From NCBI GenBank assembly GCA_016926735.1, contig JAFGOA010000059.1:1-20486 (forward strand): a DNA stretch of 20,486 nucleotides. Direction: 5' to 3'. Made by a program: the position numbers and the translations under genes. Shown here piece after piece: positions 8,477-16,475 of the stretch; within the stretch, counting starts at the first letter, position 1, and each line of letters starts with the position of its first letter. This DNA comes from Promethearchaeota archaeon. GTDB lineage: Archaea; Asgardarchaeota; Lokiarchaeia; Sigyniarchaeales; SOKP01. The notes below the pieces were generated by a model, which did not search any database, had not been told where the DNA came from, and saw only the letters and a program-made list of their open reading frames with translations.

Positions 8477-8513
8477 AGATAATGAACATTATCTATCTTG
8501 ATATATTTATATA
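8477..8513 (+). promoter_or_regulatory. Palindrome and TATA box upstream of cdhC
   Basis: AGATAATG-AA-CATTATCT (8477-8494) followed by TTTATATA (8506-8513); SD AGGAG at 8613-8617. Confidence 0.45.
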
Positions 8514-8625
8514 GTATTTTAATAAATAAATGGAATAAAGTTTAATTTTAAAAGTAAATAATTCCTAAATAAAATAATTTAGTTAAGACCAAAACTAATT
8601 TGATTATATAAAAGGAGATTATATT

Positions 8626-10041
8626 ATGAGTTTTTCAGATATGCCTGTTGATGTAGGTCCTGTTTATGAGGGGGAAAGGATCAGATCTAATCAAATGTAT
8701 GTAGAACTTGGTGGTCCAAAAATAGAAAAACATTTCGAACTCGTAAAGGTAAGAAATATTAAAGATATTGAAGATGGAAAAGTAACACTTCATGGACCAG
8801 ATCTTAAAGATATGGACGAGGGTTCACGACATCCAATTGGGATCCTTGTTGAAGTCGCAGGAAAGCAATTAGAGGAAGATTTAGAAGCTGTTTTTGAGAG
8901 AAGAATTCATGAATTTACAAATTTTATAAATGGAGTAATGCATTTAAATCAAAGATATACAAACTGGATGCGAATATCAAAAACTGCTATAGGAAAAGGT
9001 TTTAATTCATTTAATATGATGGGAACTATCTTAGTTCGATTATTTAAAGCGGAATTACCAATCATTGAAAAATGTCAAGTAACCTTTTATACAGACCCTA
9101 AAGCAATTGAAAAACCATATAAAGGAGCATTAGAAGCCTATAATAATCGTGATGAAAGAGCACGAGGACTTCATGATAGTGATGTAGATATGTTTTATGG
9201 ATGTGTCCTATGTCAAAGTTTTGCACCCACTCATGTTTGTTGTATTACACCAGACAGAACAAGTTTATGTGGCTCTATAAATTGGTTTGATGCAAGAGCT
9301 GCAGCAAAAGTAGATCCAAAAGGTCCTCTTTTTGAAATTCCACCACAAGAATGTAAAAATGAAATAGCTGGGGAATATGTTGGAATTAATGAAACAATGA
9401 GAAAAAGATCGTTAGGAGAAATTGAAAGAATCTATTTATATTCAGGTATGGAATATCCTCATACCTCTTGTGGATGTTTTGAAGCAATAGACTTTTTTAT
9501 TCCGGAAGTTAATGGACACGGTATTATTGATCGAAACGCTGGTGCTCTTGCAATAAATGGTCTTTCTTTTTCAGCAATGGCAAACACTACAGGAGGAGGA
9601 AAACAGATGGCAGGGTTTAATGGGATAAGTCTTCAATATATATCAAGCCCAAAATTCCAACAGTATGATGCCAAGCAATTAGGTCTCGATAGAGGCATTG
9701 ATCTTGTTGTCTGGATGAATAGTGGACTAAAAGAAAGATTAAATGAATTTTTACCTAAGGATATAATTGATAAAATAGCTACCGAAAAAGAGATTAATGA
9801 TATAAATAATCTAAAAGAATGGTTAAAAGAAAAGAATCATCCAATTATCAAAACTTGGACAGAAGAGGAAGAGGAAATAGAAGAATATGAAGAGAAAGAT
9901 GCTATGATTCCAGTTGGAACTCAAACAATGACAATTCCAGGATCAGGAGGATTCGGTGGTTTTAAGATTATTCTAAAGAATTGTAAGATTCATGCAGATA
10001 CAGTTATCATAAAAAAAATAGAAGAAAAAAAGAAAAGATAG
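8626..10041 (+). CDS. cdhC: Acetyl-CoA decarbonylase/synthase complex beta subunit (acetyl-CoA synthase)
   Basis: PVDVGPVYEGERIR, ERRIHEF.NFINGVMHLNQR, A-cluster motifs FYGCVLCQSFAPTHVC, LCG and PHTSCGCFE; acidic linker and GFKIILKN tail typical of archaeal beta subunits. Confidence 0.97.
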   Translation: MSFSDMPVDVGPVYEGERIRSNQMYVELGGPKIEKHFELVKVRNIKDIEDGKVTLHGPDLKDMDEGSRHPIGILVEVAGKQLEEDLEAVFERRIHEFTNFINGVMHLNQRYTNWMRISKTAIGKGFNSFNMMGTILVRLFKAELPIIEKCQVTFYTDPKAIEKPYKGALEAYNNRDERARGLHDSDVDMFYGCVLCQSFAPTHVCCITPDRTSLCGSINWFDARAAAKVDPKGPLFEIPPQECKNEIAGEYVGINETMRKRSLGEIERIYLYSGMEYPHTSCGCFEAIDFFIPEVNGHGIIDRNAGALAINGLSFSAMANTTGGGKQMAGFNGISLQYISSPKFQQYDAKQLGLDRGIDLVVWMNSGLKERLNEFLPKDIIDKIATEKEINDINNLKEWLKEKNHPIIKTWTEEEEEIEEYEEKDAMIPVGTQTMTIPGSGGFGGFKIILKNCKIHADTVIIKKIEEKKKR

Positions 10042-10053
10042 AACCTAATATTC

Positions 10054-10063
10054 TTTTTTTTTT
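10054..10063 (+). terminator. T-tract terminator after cdhC
   Basis: T10 run 12 nt after the stop codon. Confidence 0.55.
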
Positions 10064-10204
10064 GTAAAATATTTTAAAAATAGATTTTAATTTTGAAAAA
10101 ATCATTTTTATTTGTTAGAATTAGGAGATTTTTATATTAATTAGACTCTACTACTCTATAATAATTTGGATAAAGAAAATACAATCAAAAAAAAGAGAAT
10201 TATA

Positions 10205-10675
10205 TTAAATATAATATCCGGTATTATCCTCATTTATTTTATCTTTATCCTCCTTATCATCATCATCATCTTTATTATCAACAAATTTTTTATAGAATTG
10301 TTTGATGATATCTTCTGGATTTCCATCTAAATTTAAATCTTTCAGATCCTTTAAATCATTTAGATTTATTCGAATGATTCCACCATCTTTAAGAGGAATA
10401 AGATTATTATTAACTTGATCTTGAATTTTATCTTCTTTTTTCTTTTTAAGGGTTAATTCCTTTTTCATTAGTTCTGTTAATTCATCAGCTACTATTTGTT
10501 CTAAGTTATTGGGTTCAAGAGATAAAAGATTTTCAGTTCCATGAATTTTAGTAATATTTTTAATAGCTTTAATTCTTTTATATTCTGGGATCTCATTTAT
10601 TGAATTTAAACCAATTTTTCTTAAAACATTAAACCAATCCAATTTAATAGTCCAAATAAACTCTTTTTCTGGCAT
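10205..10675 (-). CDS. Hypothetical protein (156 aa) with acidic tail ending GYYI
   Basis: ATG-initiated ORF filling the gap between cdhC and the next gene; no family recognised. Confidence 0.75.
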   Translation of the reverse strand: MPEKEFIWTIKLDWFNVLRKIGLNSINEIPEYKRIKAIKNITKIHGTENLLSLEPNNLEQIVADELTELMKKELTLKKKKEDKIQDQVNNNLIPLKDGGIIRINLNDLKDLKDLNLDGNPEDIIKQFYKKFVDNKDDDDDKEDKDKINEDNTGYYI

Positions 10676-11005
10676 TATTTTTTATATTTTTTAACCTTTA
10701 TATTTATATTAATTCTTAATAAAAATTAAATTTTTTTATCGCTGAGTTATAAAGAAGAATTTAATAATATAAACTTATATGTTTTACCAAATAAATTAAT
10801 ATTAGCTCTCTTATTCTTCAATAGGAATTAATATGAAGTCAATTTGGCATTTTATATTCAAAATTCAAATAATTATCAATATTTATTTTAAGAAGTATTT
10901 TGTAAAAGAATGATTATAAAATAAAATAGAAAGATTATATAATTTATTTGATAATGCATAAAGATATTTTATTGCATTTGATTTTTAATTTTTAAAGTGA
11001 ATATA

Positions 11006-11950
11006 ATGGATAGAAAGATTGATGATAGAACATATTTAAAATATCTTTTACCTTCTTTAAATGTAAAAGATTTGAAAGAAATTTGTCGGGAATATGATAT
11101 CAAGGGATATTCTAAATTAACAAAGGAAAAAATAATTGAATTTATTTTAGATTCTCAATCAGAAGAAGAAATGAGAGAACTCATAAAAAATAAAGAAATA
11201 TCAATTATAGAGAAGGGTATAAAACTAGCTTTAGATAAAATTAAGGGGAAGGATAGAGAAAATATATCTTCTGTAAACATCAATATAAAGCTAAAAGAAG
11301 TTGAGGTTTCATTTAAAGGATTTAATTGGGAGACTAATGCTTTTATTTTAATTAATGAAAGTAACATCGAAAATCCAGAAAGAGATTGTGATTGCAACAT
11401 TGGAGGTAGTATGGGATTTTGTAGTCATTTTTGGGTATGTTTTATTATATCTTTAAAAAAAGGATTTTTTAGTATTAAAAATTGGTCTCTAACAATTTTA
11501 CCAGAAGATTTTGAAAAAAATATAAAAACTATTGCAATAAAGGAATACTCAATAGGAAAGAATGGAGATATAAATGATAAAGAGATAAAAATTATCGATG
11601 AGAGTTCAGCAGATTCTATTTTAACGAGATTTATTAATGAAAGTATTACTGTATATGAGGGAACAATTACAGAAATTGAAGAGAAACAATCAGATTTTCA
11701 AGGAAATATAACTACTTACTATTCTATTATATTAGATAATGCAAAATTAGGTCATAAATTAAAAAAAAAAAGTGATTTTAAGAAAGAAGATTTGTTACAT
11801 ATAAAAAAATTAACAATAAGGGTTAGTGAGAGTTTGCAAAAGGAACAAACTCTAGCTTTAGGGGATAAAATATCATTTAATGGAAAACTTAGTAAAGATA
11901 ATTTACTTGGAATAATTGTGAAGAATATAAGAAAGATTCAAAAAGTGTGA
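11006..11950 (+). CDS. HeH/Rho-N-like + SWIM zinc finger + OB-fold-like protein
   Basis: LNVKDLKEICREYDIKGYSKLTKEKIIEFI (Rho-N/SAP-like); CDC-x8-CSH at 11387-11428 (SWIM); beta-rich C-terminus GTITEI...YYSIIL...LGDKISFNGKL. ATG 11006 preferred over GTG 10997. Confidence 0.7.
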   Translation: MDRKIDDRTYLKYLLPSLNVKDLKEICREYDIKGYSKLTKEKIIEFILDSQSEEEMRELIKNKEISIIEKGIKLALDKIKGKDRENISSVNINIKLKEVEVSFKGFNWETNAFILINESNIENPERDCDCNIGGSMGFCSHFWVCFIISLKKGFFSIKNWSLTILPEDFEKNIKTIAIKEYSIGKNGDINDKEIKIIDESSADSILTRFINESITVYEGTITEIEEKQSDFQGNITTYYSIILDNAKLGHKLKKKSDFKKEDLLHIKKLTIRVSESLQKEQTLALGDKISFNGKLSKDNLLGIIVKNIRKIQKV

Positions 11951-13344
11951 TGATAGTGGAAAATAAAACACCAAAATCTGGTTTTATAACAGACAAGAAT
12001 TTAATGTTAGGACTCGATTTATATGAGCTGACAATGAGTGCAGCATATTATCAATATAATCTAAAAAATAATATTAAAGAAAAGGATGATATAGCTGTTT
12101 TTGAATATTACGTAAGAAAATTTCCTGATAATAGAAATTATTTAATTTTTGCAGGTTTAGAGCAAATAATTCATTTTATACAAAATGCCAAATTTACAGA
12201 TGAGATAATTTCGTTTTTAAAAAAAAAAAAAATATTTCAAAGAATTGATTCGAGTTTTTTTGAAGAATATTTACCTAACTTTAAATTTAAACTTGATATT
12301 TTCTCAATAAAGGAGGGAGACTTTTTCTTTCCTAATGAACCCATCATTAGAATTCATGGACCCATTATACATGCTCAATTGATTGAAACATATCTCTTAA
12401 GTACTATTAATTTTCAAACAATGATTGCTTCAAAAGCATCTCGTATAAAAAATATTTCAAAAAAGAAAATATTATTTGAATTTGGAACAAGAAGAGCTCA
12501 TAGCTTACTTGCAGGCATTTATACTGCAAGAGCAAGTTATATATCCGGTTTTGATGCAACAAGCAATGTTATTGCGGATTTTGAATTGGGTATAAGTTCT
12601 GTTGGAACTATGGCTCATAGCTATGTACAACGATTTATGCAAGAAATTGATAGTTTTAAATCATACTATGATATTTATAAAGAAAATTCTGTCTTATTGA
12701 TTGATACATATGATATTGAAAGGGCGGCACAATTAATTAGTCAAATAGGTCCAGATATAAAGGCAGTTAGAATTGACTCTGGAAATCTTGTTGAACAGTC
12801 AAAAAAGGTTCGTAAAATTTTGGATGATAATGGTAATAATGATGTTTTAATTGTTGCAAGTTCAGATTTAAATGAATATAAGATAAAAGAAATTCTTGAC
12901 CATAATAGTCCAATAGATGCATTTGGTGTTGGAACAGAATTAACTACTTCAAAAGATGATCCTACATTAAGTGGAGTATACAAACTAATTGAATATAATA
13001 ATATACCAAAATTCAAATTAAGTAAAGAAAAAATAACAATCCCTGGTCAAAAACAAATTTATCGTTCTTATAAAAATAATCTATTTTATAATGATAAAAT
13101 ATTTTTAACAGAAGAGGACCCTCCAGAAGATAGTGAACCGTTATTGAAATCTATTTTTAACAAAGGAGAATTAATTTATAAAAGTCCTAATCTTAAAGAA
13201 ATCAGAGAAAATTATTTTACAAATATGGAGAAATTACCATTAAAATATAAATCTCTCAATAAAATTAATTCTCAAGATATAGAATACTCAAAAAAAATAC
13301 AATTATTAATCAGTAATTTAGTTAAAAAAGAAAAGAGAATATAA
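11950..13344 (+). CDS. pncB: Nicotinate phosphoribosyltransferase
   Basis: DLYELTM, EFGTRRAH, GFDATSNV, GTMAHS, LIDTYD, VRIDSG, ASSDLNE, DAFGVGT, GVYKL; ATG 11950 overlaps the upstream TGA (TGATG); GTG 11947 is an alternative start. Confidence 0.96.
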   Translation: MIVENKTPKSGFITDKNLMLGLDLYELTMSAAYYQYNLKNNIKEKDDIAVFEYYVRKFPDNRNYLIFAGLEQIIHFIQNAKFTDEIISFLKKKKIFQRIDSSFFEEYLPNFKFKLDIFSIKEGDFFFPNEPIIRIHGPIIHAQLIETYLLSTINFQTMIASKASRIKNISKKKILFEFGTRRAHSLLAGIYTARASYISGFDATSNVIADFELGISSVGTMAHSYVQRFMQEIDSFKSYYDIYKENSVLLIDTYDIERAAQLISQIGPDIKAVRIDSGNLVEQSKKVRKILDDNGNNDVLIVASSDLNEYKIKEILDHNSPIDAFGVGTELTTSKDDPTLSGVYKLIEYNNIPKFKLSKEKITIPGQKQIYRSYKNNLFYNDKIFLTEEDPPEDSEPLLKSIFNKGELIYKSPNLKEIRENYFTNMEKLPLKYKSLNKINSQDIEYSKKIQLLISNLVKKEKRI

Positions 13345-13359
13345 AAGAATTTAAGTTTT

Positions 13360-13851
13360 TTAAATTAATTTAGGAATCCATTTTGGCACTTTTTTCTTGT
13401 ACTCTCTATATTGCTCTCCAAATATATCCTCAAGAATTCTTTCCTCACAATTAACCATCCAATTATATATTAGAAATATTAAAATAAATAAACATGTACT
13501 AATTAGAGAAATAGATAAAAATAATAAGGCTAAATATAGCAATAAAATAGAAAGATACAAAGGATTTCTTATATATCCTAAAATACCATGGGTTATTAAA
13601 ACATTTGAAGGTTCATTATCATGAAATAGCTGTTTATGTGATAAATATCCTATAATTATCGAAATAAGAATTACTATACCGAATAAAATAATTCTTATAT
13701 ATGAAGGAATATATGTATTTAAAATTGTGGAGAGATTTAATATAATGGAATCTAACAACCATATTATAATATAAATTATGGGGAAAATTCCTTGAATTAC
13801 ATGAGAATATGGTGCCTCTCGATCTAAACCTTTTTCATAATTCGAATCCAT
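13360..13851 (-). CDS. Isoprenylcysteine carboxyl-/phospholipid-methyltransferase (ICMT/PEMT) family membrane protein
   Basis: Hydrophobic helices plus LITHGILGYIRNPLY and EERILEDIFGEQYREYKKKVPKWIP. Confidence 0.88.
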   Translation of the reverse strand: MDSNYEKGLDREAPYSHVIQGIFPIIYIIIWLLDSIILNLSTILNTYIPSYIRIILFGIVILISIIIGYLSHKQLFHDNEPSNVLITHGILGYIRNPLYLSILLLYLALLFLSISLISTCLFILIFLIYNWMVNCEERILEDIFGEQYREYKKKVPKWIPKLI

Positions 13852-14350
13852 TTATTTTCACAAAGAATATATTTTTAATTTTTAATCATGACTTCAATCT
13901 TAAATTTTAAAATGATATATAATATTTAAGAATTTAGATATTCCTAACAATCATTTTTCTTCCTTATAATTAATGGCGAAATAAGAATTATTAGTTTAAT
14001 TTTCTGAAGGATTAATGAAATATTATTATAGAGAATTAATTATTACATTAATCAATGAATATTATTAGTCATAATTAATTAAAACATAAGGTTATTATAT
14101 CAATTAATAAACACAATAAAAATAAAAAATATTTTTCTAATTTGATAAATATAGAGACAAAAAAGGTTTGAAGTTTTCTTTAAAACAAGTAATATTTTAT
14201 TAAAATCCCATAAAAAATTTATAAAAAATAAACGAAATCATACGATTCCAATTAGGAAATGATTATAAATTCTTTTATATAATTCTAGTTTATTTAAATA
14301 AATTGTTAATTAAAAAATTACATTATATCAAAAAATGTGGATGATATTAA

Positions 14351-16066
14351 ATGTATCATATAGAAGGAACAGATTATTTAAAACAAAAATATTATACGAA
14401 AACAAAAAGTATATGTCCAGAATGTATGGATAAAATCGATGCAATAATAGTAGAAGAAGATGGAGAAATCTGGATGAAAAAAACCTGCCCTGAGCATGGT
14501 GATTTTAAAGATAAAATAAGTAGTGATCCAAAATACTATAAATGGACCCACTATGGTACAGACGAGTGGAGTTTTGAAAAAAATGGAGAGACAAATCCTC
14601 CTGATATTAAAGGAAAAGATCCAAGAGGATGTCCATATAATTGTGGATTATGTGAAGAACATATTTCTACATGTCAATTGGCTTTAATAGACCTTACAAA
14701 TAGATGTAATATGAATTGTAACTTCTGTTATGCAAATGTAAAAAAATCAGGATACCTCGTTGAACCTTCATTAGAGGACATAGATCGAGTAATGAAACAT
14801 TTCCGAAGCAAACCAATACCACCTGTTGCAATCATGTTTACAGGAGGAGAACCAACTGTACGAAAAGATTTTCCAGAAATCTGTGCAATGGCTAAAAAGC
14901 ATGGATTTAAAGAAGTTATTACGGCAACAAATGGTTATGGATTTCAAAAGAAAAATGGAGGATTGGAATGGACAAAGAAAGTATATGAAGCAGGATTAGA
15001 TACTTTATATTTTCAATTCGATGGAATTAATAATGCTACTTTAGAAAAAACACGTGGTATTAAAAATTTAATAGGTTATAAAGAACGTGTTATAGAAAAT
15101 TGTAGAAAGGCAGGATTAACATCTGTAGTCTTAGTACAAACAGTTGTAAAAGGAATAACAGATGTAGAAATAGGAAATGTTGTACAATTTGCAATTGATA
15201 ATATTGATGTTGTTAGAGGTATAACATACCAACCAGTATCTTTATGTGGAAGAATAACCGCAGAAGAAATGCAAGATTTAAGAATAACTAATGCAGATGT
15301 TATAAAAGAAGTTGAAAGACAAACAGGAGGAAAAATTGGTATAAATAATTCTTGGTATCCATTATCTACAATTGTAGAATTTGGAAGAATTGTCTCATAT
15401 CTAGCAGGTGTTGAACCAATTGAATTTACATGTCATCCTGATTGTGGATTTGCTACTTATTTAGTTGTTGATCCTAAAACTAATGAGATGGTACCAATTA
15501 TGGATTATTTTGATCCTCTTAAAATTGTTGATTTCTCAAATAGATTCTGGAAGAAAATTAAAGGAAAAGAAAAGAAACAAGTAAAATTCTTTGAAAATTT
15601 TGTTGGAGATTTTGGAAAAACATTAGATAAAGGAGTTAATTGGCTTGATAAACAACAACTAAAAGTAAGATTCCTCACGGGTATGCTACAATATACTAAA
15701 AAACCTGGGAAATTAATGGAAATGTTTAGTAGGATGTTATTGAATGGTCGATGGGAAAGTGTTAGTGCATTTACTCATGGTACTTTATTAATAAGCTCAA
15801 TGCATTTCCAAGATGCCTATAATTTGAATATTGAAAGATGTAAAAGATGTATTGTACACTTTGGTGTTGCAATGCCAGATGGATCTGTTTTTGAATCCCC
15901 ATTCTGTACAATGAATACCCTCCACAGACCGGTTATAGAGAAAAAGGTAGCAAAAGCTACTACTGATAAAGTTAATAATGAATTTGATACTTCAAAAGGT
16001 CAAGCAATAGAAGATTTAGCACAAGAAGTAGCATATAATGGTGGAATTGATAAAAAAGAAGAATAG
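14351..16066 (+). CDS. tes: Radical SAM tetraether lipid synthase (Tes / GDGT-MAS, MJ0619 family)
   Basis: Rubredoxin-like CPEC...CPEH, auxiliary CPYNCGLCEEH, radical SAM CNMNCNFC, GGEPT, YFQFDG, QPVS, CHPDCG, MHFQDAYN, RCIVH, PFCTMN. Confidence 0.9.
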   Translation: MYHIEGTDYLKQKYYTKTKSICPECMDKIDAIIVEEDGEIWMKKTCPEHGDFKDKISSDPKYYKWTHYGTDEWSFEKNGETNPPDIKGKDPRGCPYNCGLCEEHISTCQLALIDLTNRCNMNCNFCYANVKKSGYLVEPSLEDIDRVMKHFRSKPIPPVAIMFTGGEPTVRKDFPEICAMAKKHGFKEVITATNGYGFQKKNGGLEWTKKVYEAGLDTLYFQFDGINNATLEKTRGIKNLIGYKERVIENCRKAGLTSVVLVQTVVKGITDVEIGNVVQFAIDNIDVVRGITYQPVSLCGRITAEEMQDLRITNADVIKEVERQTGGKIGINNSWYPLSTIVEFGRIVSYLAGVEPIEFTCHPDCGFATYLVVDPKTNEMVPIMDYFDPLKIVDFSNRFWKKIKGKEKKQVKFFENFVGDFGKTLDKGVNWLDKQQLKVRFLTGMLQYTKKPGKLMEMFSRMLLNGRWESVSAFTHGTLLISSMHFQDAYNLNIERCKRCIVHFGVAMPDGSVFESPFCTMNTLHRPVIEKKVAKATTDKVNNEFDTSKGQAIEDLAQEVAYNGGIDKKEE

Positions 16067-16078
16067 GTGTTTAAAAAA

Positions 16079-16357
16079 ATGTCTCATGATGTATTCGAAA
16101 CTAAAGATGGTTTAAAATTAAGAAAATTAGTCGATTTAAAACCAACAACTGCAAAAGAATATCAAGATGCTATGTTGCATAGAGTAGAAAAATTTTCAAA
16201 AAGACAAGACTCTCCTTTTAATGATTTTATTGAAAATACTGTAGTCCAAGGATTAAGATTTATTTTAGACTCTAAAGTAAAAATTGATAACATGCTTGGA
16301 GAAAACAAGGAGAAAGTTCAGAATATTATTGAAAAGATTCTTTTAGCAGGATTATAA
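16079..16357 (+). CDS. Small hypothetical protein directly following tes
   Basis: GTG at 16067 abuts the tes stop; ATG 16079 is preferred because AGGTG (16065-16069) is SD-like; followed by T-rich tracts. Confidence 0.7.
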   Translation: MSHDVFETKDGLKLRKLVDLKPTTAKEYQDAMLHRVEKFSKRQDSPFNDFIENTVVQGLRFILDSKVKIDNMLGENKEKVQNIIEKILLAGL

Positions 16358-16363
16358 TTTAAC

Positions 16364-16417
16364 TTTCTTTTTTCAAAATTTATTATTTTATTTCTATTTT
16401 TTATTTATTATTTTTTT
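16364..16417 (+). terminator. T-rich terminator region after the tes bicistron
   Basis: Several T5-T8 runs immediately after the stop at 16357. Confidence 0.45.
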
Positions 16418-16475
16418 GTAATAATTTTATGATGAAACAAACTTTTTTTGAAATCAAGAATTCGATTATTTTATA

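Noticed and set aside
11155-11400. 81-aa - strand ORF
   Set aside because: Antisense to the SWIM protein; Ser/Phe/Leu-rich composition is typical of shadow frames.
12741-13016. 91-aa - strand ORF
   Set aside because: Antisense within the conserved pncB core.
13397-13624. 75-aa + strand ORF
   Set aside because: Antisense within the ICMT/PEMT-family gene.
13360-13851. ICMT-family gene as evidence of eukaryote-like CaaX protein processing
   Set aside because: The family is widespread in prokaryotes, and no prenyltransferase or CaaX-ending protein is present in the window.
13852-14350. 499-nt intergenic region with loose GAA(A)TATTATTA-like repeats; considered as ncRNA, CRISPR remnant or origin
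   Set aside because: Extremely AT-rich, repeats short and irregular, no GC-rich stem, ORB-like G-string or cas/cdc6 gene; best read as a divergent promoter region.
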